Source of the DNA: Octopus sinensis
Lineage: Eukaryota
Assembly (NCBI RefSeq): GCF_006345805.1
Contig: NC_043012.1
Coordinates: forward strand, 44,578,001-44,642,000
Reading direction: 5' to 3'
DNA length: 64,000 bases
The notes under the pieces were generated by a model. The model saw nothing but the letters and a program-made list of their open reading frames with translations. It was not told the DNA's origin and searched no databases. A program made the position numbers and the translations under genes. Below are positions 1 through 11,149 of this stretch, in pieces (positions within the stretch are counted from its first letter, which is position 1; each line of letters starts with the position of its first letter).

Positions 1-359
1 ATGAGAAGCATTAACAGAAAATGTAAACATCATATAAAACATGAAATATATATATATATTCTATAAAATTATTTAACAGTACTGCACGTAAAAATTACAA
101 AGTTGATACCGTAAATTGTAACGTGGTAGATGACTGATGAGTTTGATGCAGAGGCAGGGCCGATCCTTAGTAATTTCGAGATCTTAGAGCCCTGATACTA
201 ATTGTAGTTAATGAATTATAGTTAATTGTAGTTAAGACAAATCACTTCACAAAGTACCAACAGGCGATTCAAGGGTTTCTTTTTTAACAGAGAGTTTGTG
301 TTTCTTGGTCAATGGTTCGTCGTTACTCTCGTCACACGCATCATCACCATCTGTCTCAC

Positions 360-363
<4 letters not shown>

Positions 364-431
<68 letters not shown>
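364..431. repeat. (TC)n microsatellite
   Basis: Uninterrupted TC dinucleotide run of about 34 units. Confidence 0.98.
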
Positions 432-436
<5 letters not shown>

Positions 437-559
437 GCTGTTATCAACAAAAACGTTGTCTTCTATTTCCTCTGACGTTGTCCTCCGTGACATCTGTTTC
501 GCATGTTCCCTGAATTATACGATGAAAATCACTTGCCTCGAATCCACCAAAATCGTTTT

Positions 560-1345
560 CTATTTCCATCTACAGAAACGTATTACCAATTATTGGCTTC
601 TGTGCTAGTCTTCGACAACTCCCATACTGCTACTAAATTGAACATAGCAGATTTGAGGTTGTAGTCCTTGATGTTATTGAGTGTTTTCAGTCCTTGTGTA
701 TCTTTTGTAAGAGTGTCCGTTTCTGTGACCACGAACCCTTCTTCGAAATATCTTCGTCGGTTTCAATTATATCTCGAACCATTGACTGGATCGCGTAGAT
801 AACACTGGGTGGCAAGAACATGCATCCTATTTTACCATCAACTAGGGGAACGCCTATGCGAGCAGTTGCATTGTTAAAAACTAACGATGTCTTCATCTCA
901 TCAGTAGAAACATTGAGATTTTCCTGGCATTACGCATTTCTTTCGTTTCAGCCATTAAATGAAAAATATACAAATTGAACCTCAATTTTTTTGAATGGTA
1001 GTAATGCACTGATCGCTGACGTTATTACCTCTCACGACCGATAACTTTGAAAGGAATTTAACGTCCGCATTCGCGCAACACATCACCATAAACTGTTCTT
1101 TATGACTAGGTGTGTAGGCGTCATTGTTAAAGCTTGGCGATTGCAAGTTAATTGCTACCAATGTTGTAGAATTTCGCTATCATTATACGTTTTAGAAATT
1201 AAAAGTTCTTTTTTCTTCCTGAATAGTTCGGTTTCCTTGGTTTGTCTGCTTCTTGATTCACCATGGGCAATTTTATAACCTATTTCGTAACGATTTGTCA
1301 TAACTACTTGTTACTAGCTTCGAAACTTTTGTTCCATATATGTTC
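560..1345 (-). mobile_element. Tigger/pogo DDE transposase remnant, 3' part (frameshifted, stops)
   Basis: Minus-strand fragments align by eye to pogo DDE_1 motifs: LNIYGTKVS (cf. LNISGEKLS), TYNDSE (YNADET), MVMCCANA (VTVMCCANA), LVFNNATA (LLLDNAPA), DGKIGCMFLPPSVIYAIQSMVRDII (IKCxFLPPNTTSLIQPMDQGII), KDYNLKSAMFNLVAVWE. Confidence 0.75.
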
Positions 1346-2365
1346 AGCTAACCCGGGAACAACACTTTCAATTTCTGCATCCCTCCAGACGACCTAATTT
1401 TCAGGAAACTCGAATGTTTGGTCAATGTCAAAATCTCCCCAGACTCCCGCGACCAAGCTGCTTTGCCCAAACGGTTTGGGGGTTTAGAGCTGCACAAGTG
1501 CTCATCTATATCTCTTCCCTGTTTTCTTTCCTCCATCCACGCTTGCTTCTCTTTGGTAGGCAACATCCTCTTCTCTCCAAAATAGACTAATTCCAACAGG
1601 GAAATGGATGAAGCTCAATCACAGTGGGAGGAGCTGAGTTTGTCGGTTCCGATTACAGTGGAGAATAGACGGAAACAGAGAATGTGGAACAATCTACGTT
1701 CAGGTGCCACTTTCAACTCTCTCCTTGATCAATCTGATCAATTTTCAAGATGTCACCTACTTTCAGCTTGTGCAAAATTCTCAGGGACTGGGCCGATGCC
1801 CTGCCTGTGGCCAACATTGAAGGTCTACTCAGTGTGAATGAACTCTGCATGTCCATCGCACTCAAAGTGGAAATTGACGTCAGTAGGGGACTGAGATGCT
1901 GCTGTGGTATGCCCTTCGACCCCGCAGGTCTTCAAGGTCTGTCTTGCCGACTAAATGTTGGTCGCTTCGCTCGTTAACGCTCAGTTCTAGAGCTGTCGGG
2001 GTTATCCAGAAGTGATGGAAAGAGACCAGATGGTCTTACCCTCTCAATTGGGACGCCACATTCTGCGACTCTTTTGCTCACTCCCACATCCTGGGTACTG
2101 CAGTTAATGGGAGTGTCACTGCTTCCGTAGCTGACCGGAAGAAAACTCTGAAGTATCGGGACCTAACAGTGAACCGTCTCTTCCAACCTGTGGCGTTTGA
2201 GACGTTCGGAGGGACTGAGTCACTAACAGCGAAGTTCTTGTAAACGTTGGCAGCTCACCTCACCGAGGTGTCAGGTGATGTCCGTGAGGGCGCTTGGTTT
2301 TCCCAACGCCATCACCCATGGTAATACTGCGAGCATCTGGCTTGCTTCAGTAGGTTCTGTTAAAC
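1346..2365 (+). mobile_element. CRE-clade non-LTR retrotransposon, 3' fragment (post-RT region, Cys/His knuckle, restriction-like endonuclease)
   Basis: Translated pieces DQAALPKRFGGLEL, RDWADALPVANIEGLL, RCCCGMPFDPAGLQGLSCRLNVGRFAR, GLSRSDGKRPDGLTL, WDATFCDSFA, ADRKKTLKYRDL, FQPVAFETFGG, ITHGNTASI follow the order of CRE-type RLE element motifs; small deletions and stops. Confidence 0.8.
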
Positions 2366-2560
2366 CTTGTGGTTTGAAACCAGTTGCTGTGGTGAGAAAA
2401 AAAATCCCCACAAATAGTTTCAATACAATTTGAACAGAAGGATTTGGAAGAATTAGATGAAAGTTCTCCGGCAATTTTCTTTCCTGTAAATAAATGCTTG
2501 TGTTAATTTCAAAATTTGTCAGCAAAATCTTATAAAATGACGATGTTCTAAAAGACGTAC
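2366..2560 (-). mobile_element. Probable upstream (CENP-B-like HTH) part of the same Tigger remnant, separated by the CRE insertion
   Basis: Weak motifs YLQERK and SNWFQ lie where pogo WFxQER and ASxGWxxxFK are expected relative to the fragment ending at 1345. Confidence 0.4.
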
Positions 2561-2703
2561 ATGTTTATCTAATATAACAAATGCGAAAACTAATTTCTGT
2601 GTGTCAGTGTGTCACACTTAGATACTCCTACTATTCCTCATGATGGGGTGAGAGTAATAACAGGCATAGGTGAGGGCAGTGGCGAAGACAGATAGATAGA
2701 TAG

Positions 2704-2707
<4 letters not shown>

Positions 2708-2750
<43 letters not shown>

Positions 2751-2780
2751 AAGAAAAAGAGAGAGAGGGAGAAAAAGCGA
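2708..2780. repeat. (GA)n microsatellite and purine-rich tract
   Basis: GA run followed by degenerate GA-rich sequence. Confidence 0.95.
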
Positions 2781-3134
2781 GACAAAGAAATTTAATGAGA
2801 ATGATGATGTTTTATTAAAAGTAGTAGTGTTGATGGTGACTGGGAGTAATAATTAAAAGAGAGAGAAAGAGGGAGATGATGTACAGCTTTGTTTAACCAT
2901 GTCTCTTTGACAGAAATTCCTGTTGCCAACATACTGAACACTATCATTTTTGTTTTATTTTTTGCTTTCTTTAACACGCACAAACACACACACACACATA
3001 TATAAATACCCTTTAATTGAAATAAAGTTTCCCCCAAATTAAACGTATCTAATATACAAATTGTGAATGTCAGTGTGTCACAGCTTTTCAACTTTAATAA
3101 ATCCTGTCTACTGGAAGCACAAGGCCTCAAATTT

Positions 3135-3486
3135 TTGGGGAAGGAATTAAGTTGACTACATCGACCTCAGTACGTAACTGGTACTAATTTTATCGACCTC
3201 GAAAGCATGTAAGGCAAAGTCAGCCTCCGCGGAATTCGAATTCAAAACGCAACGACAGACGAAATACCTATTTCTTTACTACCCACAAGGGGCTAAACAC
3301 AGAGAGGACAAACAAGGACAGACAAACGGATTAAGTCGACTACATCGACTTCAGTGCGCAACTGGTACTTATTTAATCGACCCCGAAAGGATGAAAGGCA
3401 AAGTCGACCTCGGCAGAATTTGAACTCAGAACATAACGGCAGACGAAATGCCTATTTCTTTACTACCCACAAGGGGCTAAACACAG
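3135..3486 (-). mobile_element. Two tandem copies of a tRNA-related SINE-like repeat
   Basis: The unit gactacatcgac...ggcaaagtc...gacgaaat occurs twice (about 3150-3270 and 3335-3450), each followed by tatttctttactacccacaaggggctaaacacaga; B-box-like GTTCTGAGTTCAAATTC on the minus strand. Confidence 0.7.
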
Positions 3487-4035
3487 AATAGAAGAATAAG
3501 CAATTTGCTTAATTTTATAGTTGGTCAAGCGATATTTGTCTGATGGAATAGAATTATTTCCACATGTATTTGAACCAGAGGAAGAATTTTGTCAATCCTG
3601 ATAACTCTCACACATACAATGTTCTTTCGGATTCATGTTTAGAAAAAAACTGATTCAATTGATTGGTACATCTGAAGAATTTTTCGGTAGTTATTTGAAA
3701 GAGAAGCTAGAGTGTGTGTCGCCCAGGGCGGCCCTTCAGTTTACCCCCCACCCCCAGAAGTACATATTGACTACAGCAGACCCAAAAGTGGTGCCACCCG
3801 GGGATGACTGCCCCCTCTTCCCACGCTAGTGCACATATGTGCATAATGATATTCGAGCGTTTCAAAAAATTGATTGCTATTTGGGTTCTGTAACTGTTTT
3901 TAATTCAAGGATTTGTTGTTTCGTAATGTAAAATTACTTCGATTTGCTGTAAATTATGGTGGTTGGCACAAGTTATTTTATCAATTTTTTCTTCCTAGAA
4001 TGTCAAACCTTTGGAAATCCCCTACTCAAGTTTTC

Positions 4036-4437
4036 GGATCTTTTCGGTTTGAACGGCAGTTTTTTTAAAATACTTTCCACGTAACTAAACACTTTTAAAC
4101 TTCGTATACTGGTAGAATGTATTTATAAAACATCTTTTTTTCTTGACTTTATTGAGAAAATTCTATAATTTGTAAGATATTTGTTTTTTTTTCTTCAATT
4201 TCAACCAATAAATGACGTCTATTAAGGTGAAAACATTCTGTGCCGTATGAGTATGTCGCTCGTTTAAGAAACAGATTGGGTTTATTTACATTTGTGAAGA
4301 AAAAAAAAGATACCCTTCTCCCACCCCTAACCCTAAAACAGATAGAAATGCAATAGATCGATACTAGGGTCATAATAATGGGTGACAATTTCATATGACA
4401 CCGCTAGAAAAAACTGCCGTTCAAACCGAAAAGATCC
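4036..4437. mobile_element. MITE-like element with ~30-bp inverted repeats
   Basis: ggatcttttcggtttgaacggcagtttttt (4036-4065) is the reverse complement of aaaaaactgccgttcaaaccgaaaagatcc (4408-4437); non-coding interior. Confidence 0.7.
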
Positions 4438-4570
4438 AAGTTTTCTCTTTGTTCCTCCAAATATCGATTGAGAAGTACATAAATTGCATTGACCTCGTGT
4501 CACTAGAGTAGTGAGGGTTTTTAACTGTATAGGTATCAGATTAGCCACTCCCTTAAACGTGTCATACTTT

Positions 4571-4987
4571 TGTAGTGATGCTACAGTGTAGGGTTCGGCG
4601 CGCATGCGCAGAATGGGACTACTTCCGGGTGGCCACCGGAAGTCTTCCCCATGCGCATGTGCGGGAAAACATCTCTCGAGCCCGCGAACCTCAAATCTCT
4701 CTCTTCGGCTCAAGACAGCACTGCGATCGGTCACGGTTTTCCTGGCTCTGACAGCCACACACCAGCTTCAACCAACTTCAACCAACCTCAACGACCACAC
4801 CAGCAATACATCAGAGGCTGTCTATTCCCCCATCAGACAACGTACAACCATGAATCAATAAACCAAGTTGTCTGTTCACCTTTAACCTGAGTTTCGTCTG
4901 TTTGTTTTCTACAAGAATTTTTGTATGTGACTAGAAAGGATCTCGACACCCTGCCAGTGCTTCGATGATAGATCCTTTCACGTTACA
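4571..4987 (+). repeat. 5' LTR (417 bp)
   Basis: Begins tgtagtgatg, ends cgttaca; matches the 3' LTR except one 1-nt indel (gaccacacc vs gaccaacacc). Confidence 0.97.
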
Positions 4988-4989
4988 AT

Positions 4990-4999
4990 TGGTGACCCC
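4990..4999 (+). promoter_or_regulatory. Primer binding site, probably tRNA-Trp
   Basis: TGGTGACCCC 2 nt after the 5' LTR is complementary to the 3' end (GGGGUCACCA) of eukaryotic tRNA-Trp; the match stops after 10 nt. Confidence 0.7.
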
Positions 5000-5368
5000 T
5001 AGTTGAGAAAAAGAACAGGATAGAAAAAGACACAGCGAACAGGTTTTTTTTGGGGCCGAAGAGCGCGGAAATTCACATTTATTTTCCTATTTTCTCCTTT
5101 TCAGCACGGCGAGGTGGGTCAAATAGCCTTATTCATCGCACACAGTACAAAAAAAAAAAAAAAACAAAGAAAAAGAAAACACACACACATTCATTTTTTT
5201 TCCTTTTCTGTATTTTGTTTTCCTTGTACACACTTATTCCTTTTTTTGCTACCCACGAGGTGCACACACTAACACAATTTTGAATTGCCTTCTCGGTTCC
5301 ACGTGTTCTCTCTCCACTTCTAGACCATACCTTCTGCCCCCTTCTCACAGATTCCTTCCGACAAAGGC

Positions 5369-5851
5369 ATGGCTTCAGGTTTGCCTTCATTTACGGGGGA
5401 TATGGGCCTGTGGTTTGCCCAAGTGGAGTGGTATTTTGTTGCACATGCCATTTCTCCACAGCAGCAGTTGCACCTGCTATATTCCGGCTTACATCCCCGA
5501 CTCGCCGCATCGATCAGGGATCTAATAATAAGTCCCCACCCGGATGCCACATACGCGTCTGTGAAAGCAGAAATCCTCCGCCGCAACACACGTTCGGGGG
5601 AGAGCAATATTCAGATTGCCACGATGGCCGATGGAATACTGGAATTTCCGAATCCATCTCCATCGCGAGGCCTCTGTGCATGTATAGGGGGCCCTGCGCA
5701 AATTTCACTAGCCGAGCGGATTGATGCGCTCACGCGGCGAATCGACGATCTATCCCGTGCGATCGAGCGCCGACAACGCAGTCGTAGTCGCTCTACCAAA
5801 AGGGCAGATCGGTGTACCCAGCCGTGCACTTTCAAGCCCTCGGAAAACTAA
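5369..5851 (+). CDS. gag: Gypsy Gag, short and internally deleted (160 aa)
   Basis: N-terminal [19 protein letters not shown] matches the LPxFWxxDPxLWFAQVExxF Gag motif; SR-rich linker; ends [10 protein letters not shown]-stop overlapping pol in the -1 frame; GGAAAAC-TAA at 5842-5851 is a putative frameshift site. Confidence 0.85.
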   Translation: MASGLPSFTGDMGLWFAQVEWYFVAHAISPQQQLHLLYSGLHPRLAASIRDLIISPHPDATYASVKAEILRRNTRSGESNIQIATMADGILEFPNPSPSRGLCACIGGPAQISLAERIDALTRRIDDLSRAIERRQRSRSRSTKRADRCTQPCTFKPSEN

Positions 5852-8800
5852 ATCCGGAGGAGGTGAGCACGTCACCTTCTTCCATCTCGTTTCCCAAACA
5901 TCGTGCATTCTATGTAAAAGATCTGGTGTCGAAGACATTCTTCATGGTAGACACCGGTTCCTGTTGCAGCATCTGGCCCCTTCGTCTGGCTGCAGACAAG
6001 CCGAAGCGCTCTTCGATTGTCTTGCATGCTATTGACTCGTCTCCCATAACCACTTACGGTCAGATTTCGCTGCGCCTCAACCTCAACCTTCGTCGAGATT
6101 TTCGATGGGTTTTCGTCATCGCTGACATCCCACATCCTATTCTCGGCGCTGATTTCCTGGATAGGTTTAACCTATTGGTGGATGTCAGGCGTCGGAGGCT
6201 TCTTGATAGCACGACGTCGCTCTCTACACCGACTGGGAGTTCCACCACTGCGGTCCTTAGCCCGACATTCTTTGTTGCCACCTCTGGAGACCCTTTTCAC
6301 TCTCTTTTGGTTTCATTTCCGGAGCTAGTGGACATTGCCTTTAAACCGGAAAATCCTACCCACTCGACCCTCCATTTCATCACCACCAATGGGCCACCTG
6401 TATTCTCACGCCCCCGGCGCCTAGCGCCAGACCGACTTAAAACGGCCAGAGCCGAGTTTGAGCACATGCTTCAACTTGGCATTATACGCCCCTCCACCAG
6501 CCCATGGGCATCTCCCCTTCATTTGGCGCGAAAGGGCGAGTCTGATTTTCGCCCGGTTGGAGACTATCGACGCCTCAATGCCGTCACAATAGCCGATCGC
6601 TATCCGATTAGAGATCTCCGGGACTTTACAGCAAATCTCCATGGTTGTACCATTTTTTCGAAGGTCGATCTGATACGCGCTTACCACCAAATACCGGTCA
6701 ACCCAGCCGACGTTCCAAAAACTGCAATCACTACCCCGTTTGGGTGTTTTGAGTTTTTGTACATGAGTTTCGGTTTGCGGAATGCTACTAGCACCTTCCA
6801 GCGTTTCATTGATGAGGTTGTCCGCGGTCTTGATTTTGTGTTTGCCTATGTCGATGACATACTCATTGCGAGCGACACACGAGAAAATCATCTCCGGCAC
6901 CTTTCTCAACTCTTCCAGCGTCTTCGCGCGTATAGCATACGCATAAACCCCGACAAGTGTGTTTTCGGACGCTCTTCCCTAGATTTTCTAGGGCATCATA
7001 TTGATTCGACTGGAATCAGCCCCCTCTCGTCAAAAGTCGATGCCATTCAACGCATCGCACCCCCCACTTCCTTGCGCCAGCTCAGGCATTATCTAGGGAT
7101 GGTCAATTTCTACCGACGCTTCATTCCCGGTTGTGCAGATAAGCTGCTACCTCTCACCAGGCTGTTAAAGGACTCTCCTAGAAAGGACAGTCAAGTCACC
7201 CTCTCTGTTGAGGCAGTGACAGCCTTTGAGTCCATTAAGAAGGAGCTGGCTTCTGTTTCTTTGCTTGCACATCCAGTTCCTGGTGCTTCTCTCTCTTTGA
7301 CTGTGGACGCATCGGACACTGCCATTGGCGCTGTGTTACAACACACAGTGGATGACCATGTTCGACCTCTAGCCTTCTTTTCCCGTCAACTGCAACCAGC
7401 TGAACGACGATACAGCACCTTTGATCGTGAGCTCCTAGCGATCTACCTATCGGTTCGTCATTTCCAGCATCAACTTGAAGGGCGAGATTTTGTGATCTAT
7501 ACGGATCACAAGCCCCTTACGTTTGCCCTGTTTTCAAAAACGGACAAACTCTCACCCCGTGCTTTTCGGCACCTGGATTTTATCTCTCAATTTACTAGCA
7601 ACATTCGACACATACCTGGAAAAGAGAACGTTCCTGCTGACGCTCTCTCTCGCCTTCCAGTTTGCGCCCTTTCGTCTCCTGCTGCTATCGACTTAGCTGC
7701 CATATCGCAGGAGCAGCCACCTTTGGCGTCGTTAGATTTAACTTCTCCCAAGTTCTCCTGTTGCCAGTTTTCCTACCTTCCGCTTCCGTCAGCCGAAGGC
7801 ACCATTCTTTGTGACACTTCAACTGGATCTCCCAGGCCACTGGTGCCTGAGACCCATCAACGCTCAGTGTTTGAAGCACTGCACTCCTTATCACATCCTG
7901 GCATCGCTGCCACCCTCAAACTAATCACTGCTCGGTTTTTCTGGCCGAATATGCGTCGCACAATTACTTGTTGGACACGCACCTGCTCCAAGTGTCAACG
8001 ATCCAAGATTCAACGGCACGTTCGTGCCCCGCTTGGACAATTTCCCCCCACGGAGGCCCGTTTTCGCCATGTCCACATCGATCTGGTTGGACCATGGCCT
8101 GTGAGTCGCGGGTTCTCTTATCTATTAACTTGTGTCGATCGTTTCTCCCGCTGGCCAGAAGCCATTCCGATAGCAGACATTTCTGCTGAGACTGTTGCGC
8201 GAGCTTTCGTTTCAAACTGGATTTCTCGCTTCGGAGTCCCGTCCCGATTGACAACTGATCGTGGTCGACAGTTTGAGGCCTCGCTATTTCGCGAATTGTC
8301 GCGAATTTTGGGTATGCACCATATCCACACCACAAGCTACCATCCAGCGTCTAATGGATTGGTTGAGCGGTTCCATAGACAGCTCAAGGCCGCTCTTCGT
8401 GCCTCTTCGGACCCACAGTCCTGGATCGAATTTCTGCCCATTGTGCTTCTCGGCTGTCGGACTGCTGTCAAGGCAGACCTGGGGTTTTCTGCTGCAGAGC
8501 TGCTGTATGGTACCACACTGGCATTGCCCGGTACGATGTTGGTGCCAGACACTTCCCCGCCCCATGATCCGGCGACCTATGTCACCAGACTGCGGGAATA
8601 TTTTTCAAACCTTCCGCCCATGCTTCCCAGAAAGCAATCTCCACCGTCCCATCTTCCACCGGATATGAACACCTGGTCGCATGTTTTTGTTCGGGACGAT
8701 TCTGTGAAGGGCCCACTTGTTTCTCCCTATAAAGGACCTTTTCGTGTGCTTTCTCGCACACCAAAGGTTTTCACGATTGAGATAAATGGTCGTTCGGAGA

Positions 8801-9096
8801 CCGTTTCCGTGGACCGTTTAAAAAAGGCACATTTTGAGACGTCTTCATCTTTTGATGACAACCTTGACACACCCACCTATGCACCTTTAACAACACTTTC
8901 ACCTGCACAAACGCCTTCACCTGCACAAACGCCTTCACCTGCACAAACACCTTCACCGGCTCCTACAACACCACCCTCGCCGTCAACGGGTGCCCCGAGC
9001 ACACCGTATGTTACAAGTCGGGCAGAACAGTGCATTGGCCCAAGAAACTTTCAAAAACAATTTACATTTAACTTTAAAATGTTTCTTATTGTATAA
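5812..9096 (+). CDS. pol: Gypsy Pol polyprotein (protease, RT, RNase H, integrase), probably expressed by -1 frameshift
   Basis: 1094-codon ORF: protease VDTGS; RT PWASPL, DYRRLN, YHQIP, FGLRNA, YVDDIL; RNase H VDASD, ELLAI, TDHKPL, ADALSR; integrase [33 protein letters not shown]. Confidence 0.97.
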   Translation: MYPAVHFQALGKLNPEEVSTSPSSISFPKHRAFYVKDLVSKTFFMVDTGSCCSIWPLRLAADKPKRSSIVLHAIDSSPITTYGQISLRLNLNLRRDFRWVFVIADIPHPILGADFLDRFNLLVDVRRRRLLDSTTSLSTPTGSSTTAVLSPTFFVATSGDPFHSLLVSFPELVDIAFKPENPTHSTLHFITTNGPPVFSRPRRLAPDRLKTARAEFEHMLQLGIIRPSTSPWASPLHLARKGESDFRPVGDYRRLNAVTIADRYPIRDLRDFTANLHGCTIFSKVDLIRAYHQIPVNPADVPKTAITTPFGCFEFLYMSFGLRNATSTFQRFIDEVVRGLDFVFAYVDDILIASDTRENHLRHLSQLFQRLRAYSIRINPDKCVFGRSSLDFLGHHIDSTGISPLSSKVDAIQRIAPPTSLRQLRHYLGMVNFYRRFIPGCADKLLPLTRLLKDSPRKDSQVTLSVEAVTAFESIKKELASVSLLAHPVPGASLSLTVDASDTAIGAVLQHTVDDHVRPLAFFSRQLQPAERRYSTFDRELLAIYLSVRHFQHQLEGRDFVIYTDHKPLTFALFSKTDKLSPRAFRHLDFISQFTSNIRHIPGKENVPADALSRLPVCALSSPAAIDLAAISQEQPPLASLDLTSPKFSCCQFSYLPLPSAEGTILCDTSTGSPRPLVPETHQRSVFEALHSLSHPGIAATLKLITARFFWPNMRRTITCWTRTCSKCQRSKIQRHVRAPLGQFPPTEARFRHVHIDLVGPWPVSRGFSYLLTCVDRFSRWPEAIPIADISAETVARAFVSNWISRFGVPSRLTTDRGRQFEASLFRELSRILGMHHIHTTSYHPASNGLVERFHRQLKAALRASSDPQSWIEFLPIVLLGCRTAVKADLGFSAAELLYGTTLALPGTMLVPDTSPPHDPATYVTRLREYFSNLPPMLPRKQSPPSHLPPDMNTWSHVFVRDDSVKGPLVSPYKGPFRVLSRTPKVFTIEINGRSETVSVDRLKKAHFETSSSFDDNLDTPTYAPLTTLSPAQTPSPAQTPSPAQTPSPAPTTPPSPSTGAPSTPYVTSRAEQCIGPRNFQKQFTFNFKMFLIV

Positions 9097-9184
9097 TAGT
9101 ATGTACCAAGTCTTCTGGGGGATCGGCAAGCCTTCTGTTTTCTGCAGCACCACCACAATATTCTGGTTGCCGTACTTCGCACTC

Positions 9185-9196
9185 GGAGGGGAGCCC
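9185..9196 (+). promoter_or_regulatory. Polypurine tract
   Basis: ggaggggagccc immediately precedes the 3' LTR start TGTA at 9197. Confidence 0.8.
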
Positions 9197-9614
9197 TGTA
9201 GTGATGCTACAGTGTAGGGTTCGGCGCGCATGCGCAGAATGGGACTACTTCCGGGTGGCCACCGGAAGTCTTCCCCATGCGCATGTGCGGGAAAACATCT
9301 CTCGAGCCCGCGAACCTCAAATCTCTCTCTTCGGCTCAAGACAGCACTGCGATCGGTCACGGTTTTCCTGGCTCTGACAGCCACACACCAGCTTCAACCA
9401 ACTTCAACCAACCTCAACGACCAACACCAGCAATACATCAGAGGCTGTCTATTCCCCCATCAGACAACGTACAACCATGAATCAATAAACCAAGTTGTCT
9501 GTTCACCTTTAACCTGAGTTTCGTCTGTTTGTTTTCTACAAGAATTTTTGTATGTGACTAGAAAGGATCTCGACACCCTGCCAGTGCTTCGATGATAGAT
9601 CCTTTCACGTTACA
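9197..9614 (+). repeat. 3' LTR (418 bp)
   Basis: Direct repeat of 4571-4987, followed by the CTTT duplication. Confidence 0.97.
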
Positions 9615-10408
9615 CTTTCGACTACAGCAAACACTCGTATATAAAGTGGTCGCACTTTTCGTTCCGCACACATCACGCTCCATTATTACTGTGAGTTTCT
9701 GAGGCCCTTCAAGCAGAATCTTAAAAGCGTGAAGTATCTATTTAGTTGATCAAAGCTCCAGTTCTCCAGGTATATCGTGTCTTCGTCAAGCGGGTGTCCA
9801 TATTGTGCACTCACGTAGGTTGTGGTTTATTGCATAGGACACAATATAGTAGTCTATTTTTATATGCCTGTGTGCTCGTGCCACGCATGTAGGCTTAACT
9901 TGGTTAGAAAACAAAAGTTGTTTTCCCTTTGCATTCATCCTTAATAAGATAAACTTTTCCTAATGCATTAAAAATTAATGTTGTTCTAACAATATTGTCT
10001 TCCTTCGGTAAAATTTCTTATAGATACCAATTTTCCAAACTAAGAAATCCTCCAGTCTGTTATACTTACCTGCCTAAACGCACACATACACAAAAATACA
10101 TAAATGTAAGCTATTCAGATGGAAAAAATAAAAAAAAAAAAGAAGAAAAATTACGAAAATTGCCGAACTTTTAGTTTTGATAGACTTTCTTCGAAAGATA
10201 ACCTCAATATAATAGAATAATTTCGATTTTATTTTATCAAGAGCTTCTAGGCTGTTATTCGACTTGGTAGAATCGCAGTTCAAATCTCCTAACTATGACC
10301 TCTTCTCATCTTAAAAGAAATTCTGATAAGCACTAAAACTGGCCCGAAAGATTGCTGCTTAAAACACTCGTGTAAGATAAGTCACATTTAAAAAACGATA
10401 AAAGGGCG

Positions 10409-10875
10409 GAATTCTTGTTTAAGCACCTCATATAACCCCTCAGAACTTTTTGGAATTTTCAGAAAATTTTTGCGAATTTGTGTTCTACACACGGGATTCC
10501 ATAAGATTATGAGAGAAAAAAAAAGTTTTTTTCTAATTTTTCGAAATCCTCCCCAACCCCATAAATCCTAAAATTTCCACTTTCTTGAACTTGTTATTTT
10601 CAGAGTTTAAAATACAGACAATCCAAATTTTTTGCTTAAATCCCCGCATCCTTGGGGAGAAAATTGTCGAAAAACGTCAGTGACAAAGAAACCTGGTGGT
10701 CGTAGATTGTGCTAAAAACACCAGCTAAATCGCCCTGAAATCACATAATTTTTTTCTTTTTGCATAATCGTATGAATTCCCGTGTGTAGAAAACAAATTC
10801 GCAAACATTTCCAGAAAATTCCCCAAAATTTTTTAAATGCTATTAGGGGTTATATAGGTTCTTAAACCAGAATTC
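10409..10875. mobile_element. MITE with long imperfect terminal inverted repeats
   Basis: gaattcttgtttaagcacctcatataacccct...gaatttgtgttctacacacggga at the left mirrors ttcccgtgtgtagaaaacaaattcgc...aggggttatataggttcttaaaccagaattc at the right. Confidence 0.75.
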
Positions 10876-11149
10876 TGTCGAAATATGTATGAGGGAGTCA
10901 CACAATAAGAATGAAGCCTTCACAGGCCCGCAGTCACTGAAGTACGTAAGAAATAAAGTTAAGGAGAGGGATTAAAAAAAATAATTAGTATACATGTAAA
11001 TAATTTATAAATTATTTAAAAAATATTGATGTCTATAATATTAATTGTTAATTTTTTTTTCTGCAATCATTTTCTGGTATGTGCGGAGTTATATTAAGCT
11101 TCCTCTTTTCGTTTCTACCGATGAAAACAAAGAATCCAAATGACCAACA

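Larger units (their letters stand above)
4571..9614 (+). mobile_element. Full-length Ty3/Gypsy LTR retrotransposon, recent insertion
   Basis: TG...CA LTRs at 4571-4987 and 9197-9614; 4-bp target-site duplication CTTT (4567-4570 and 9615-9618); PBS; PPT; gag; pol in PR-RT-RH-IN order. Confidence 0.98.

Noticed and set aside
4325-4337. CCCTAACCCTAA telomere-like repeat
   Set aside because: Only two units, inside a MITE; expected by chance.
10062-10072. ATACTTACCTG, identical to the 5' end of U1 snRNA
   Set aside because: The sequence after it (cctaaacg...) does not continue as U1 and there is no Sm site; it is better read as a minus-strand splice donor.
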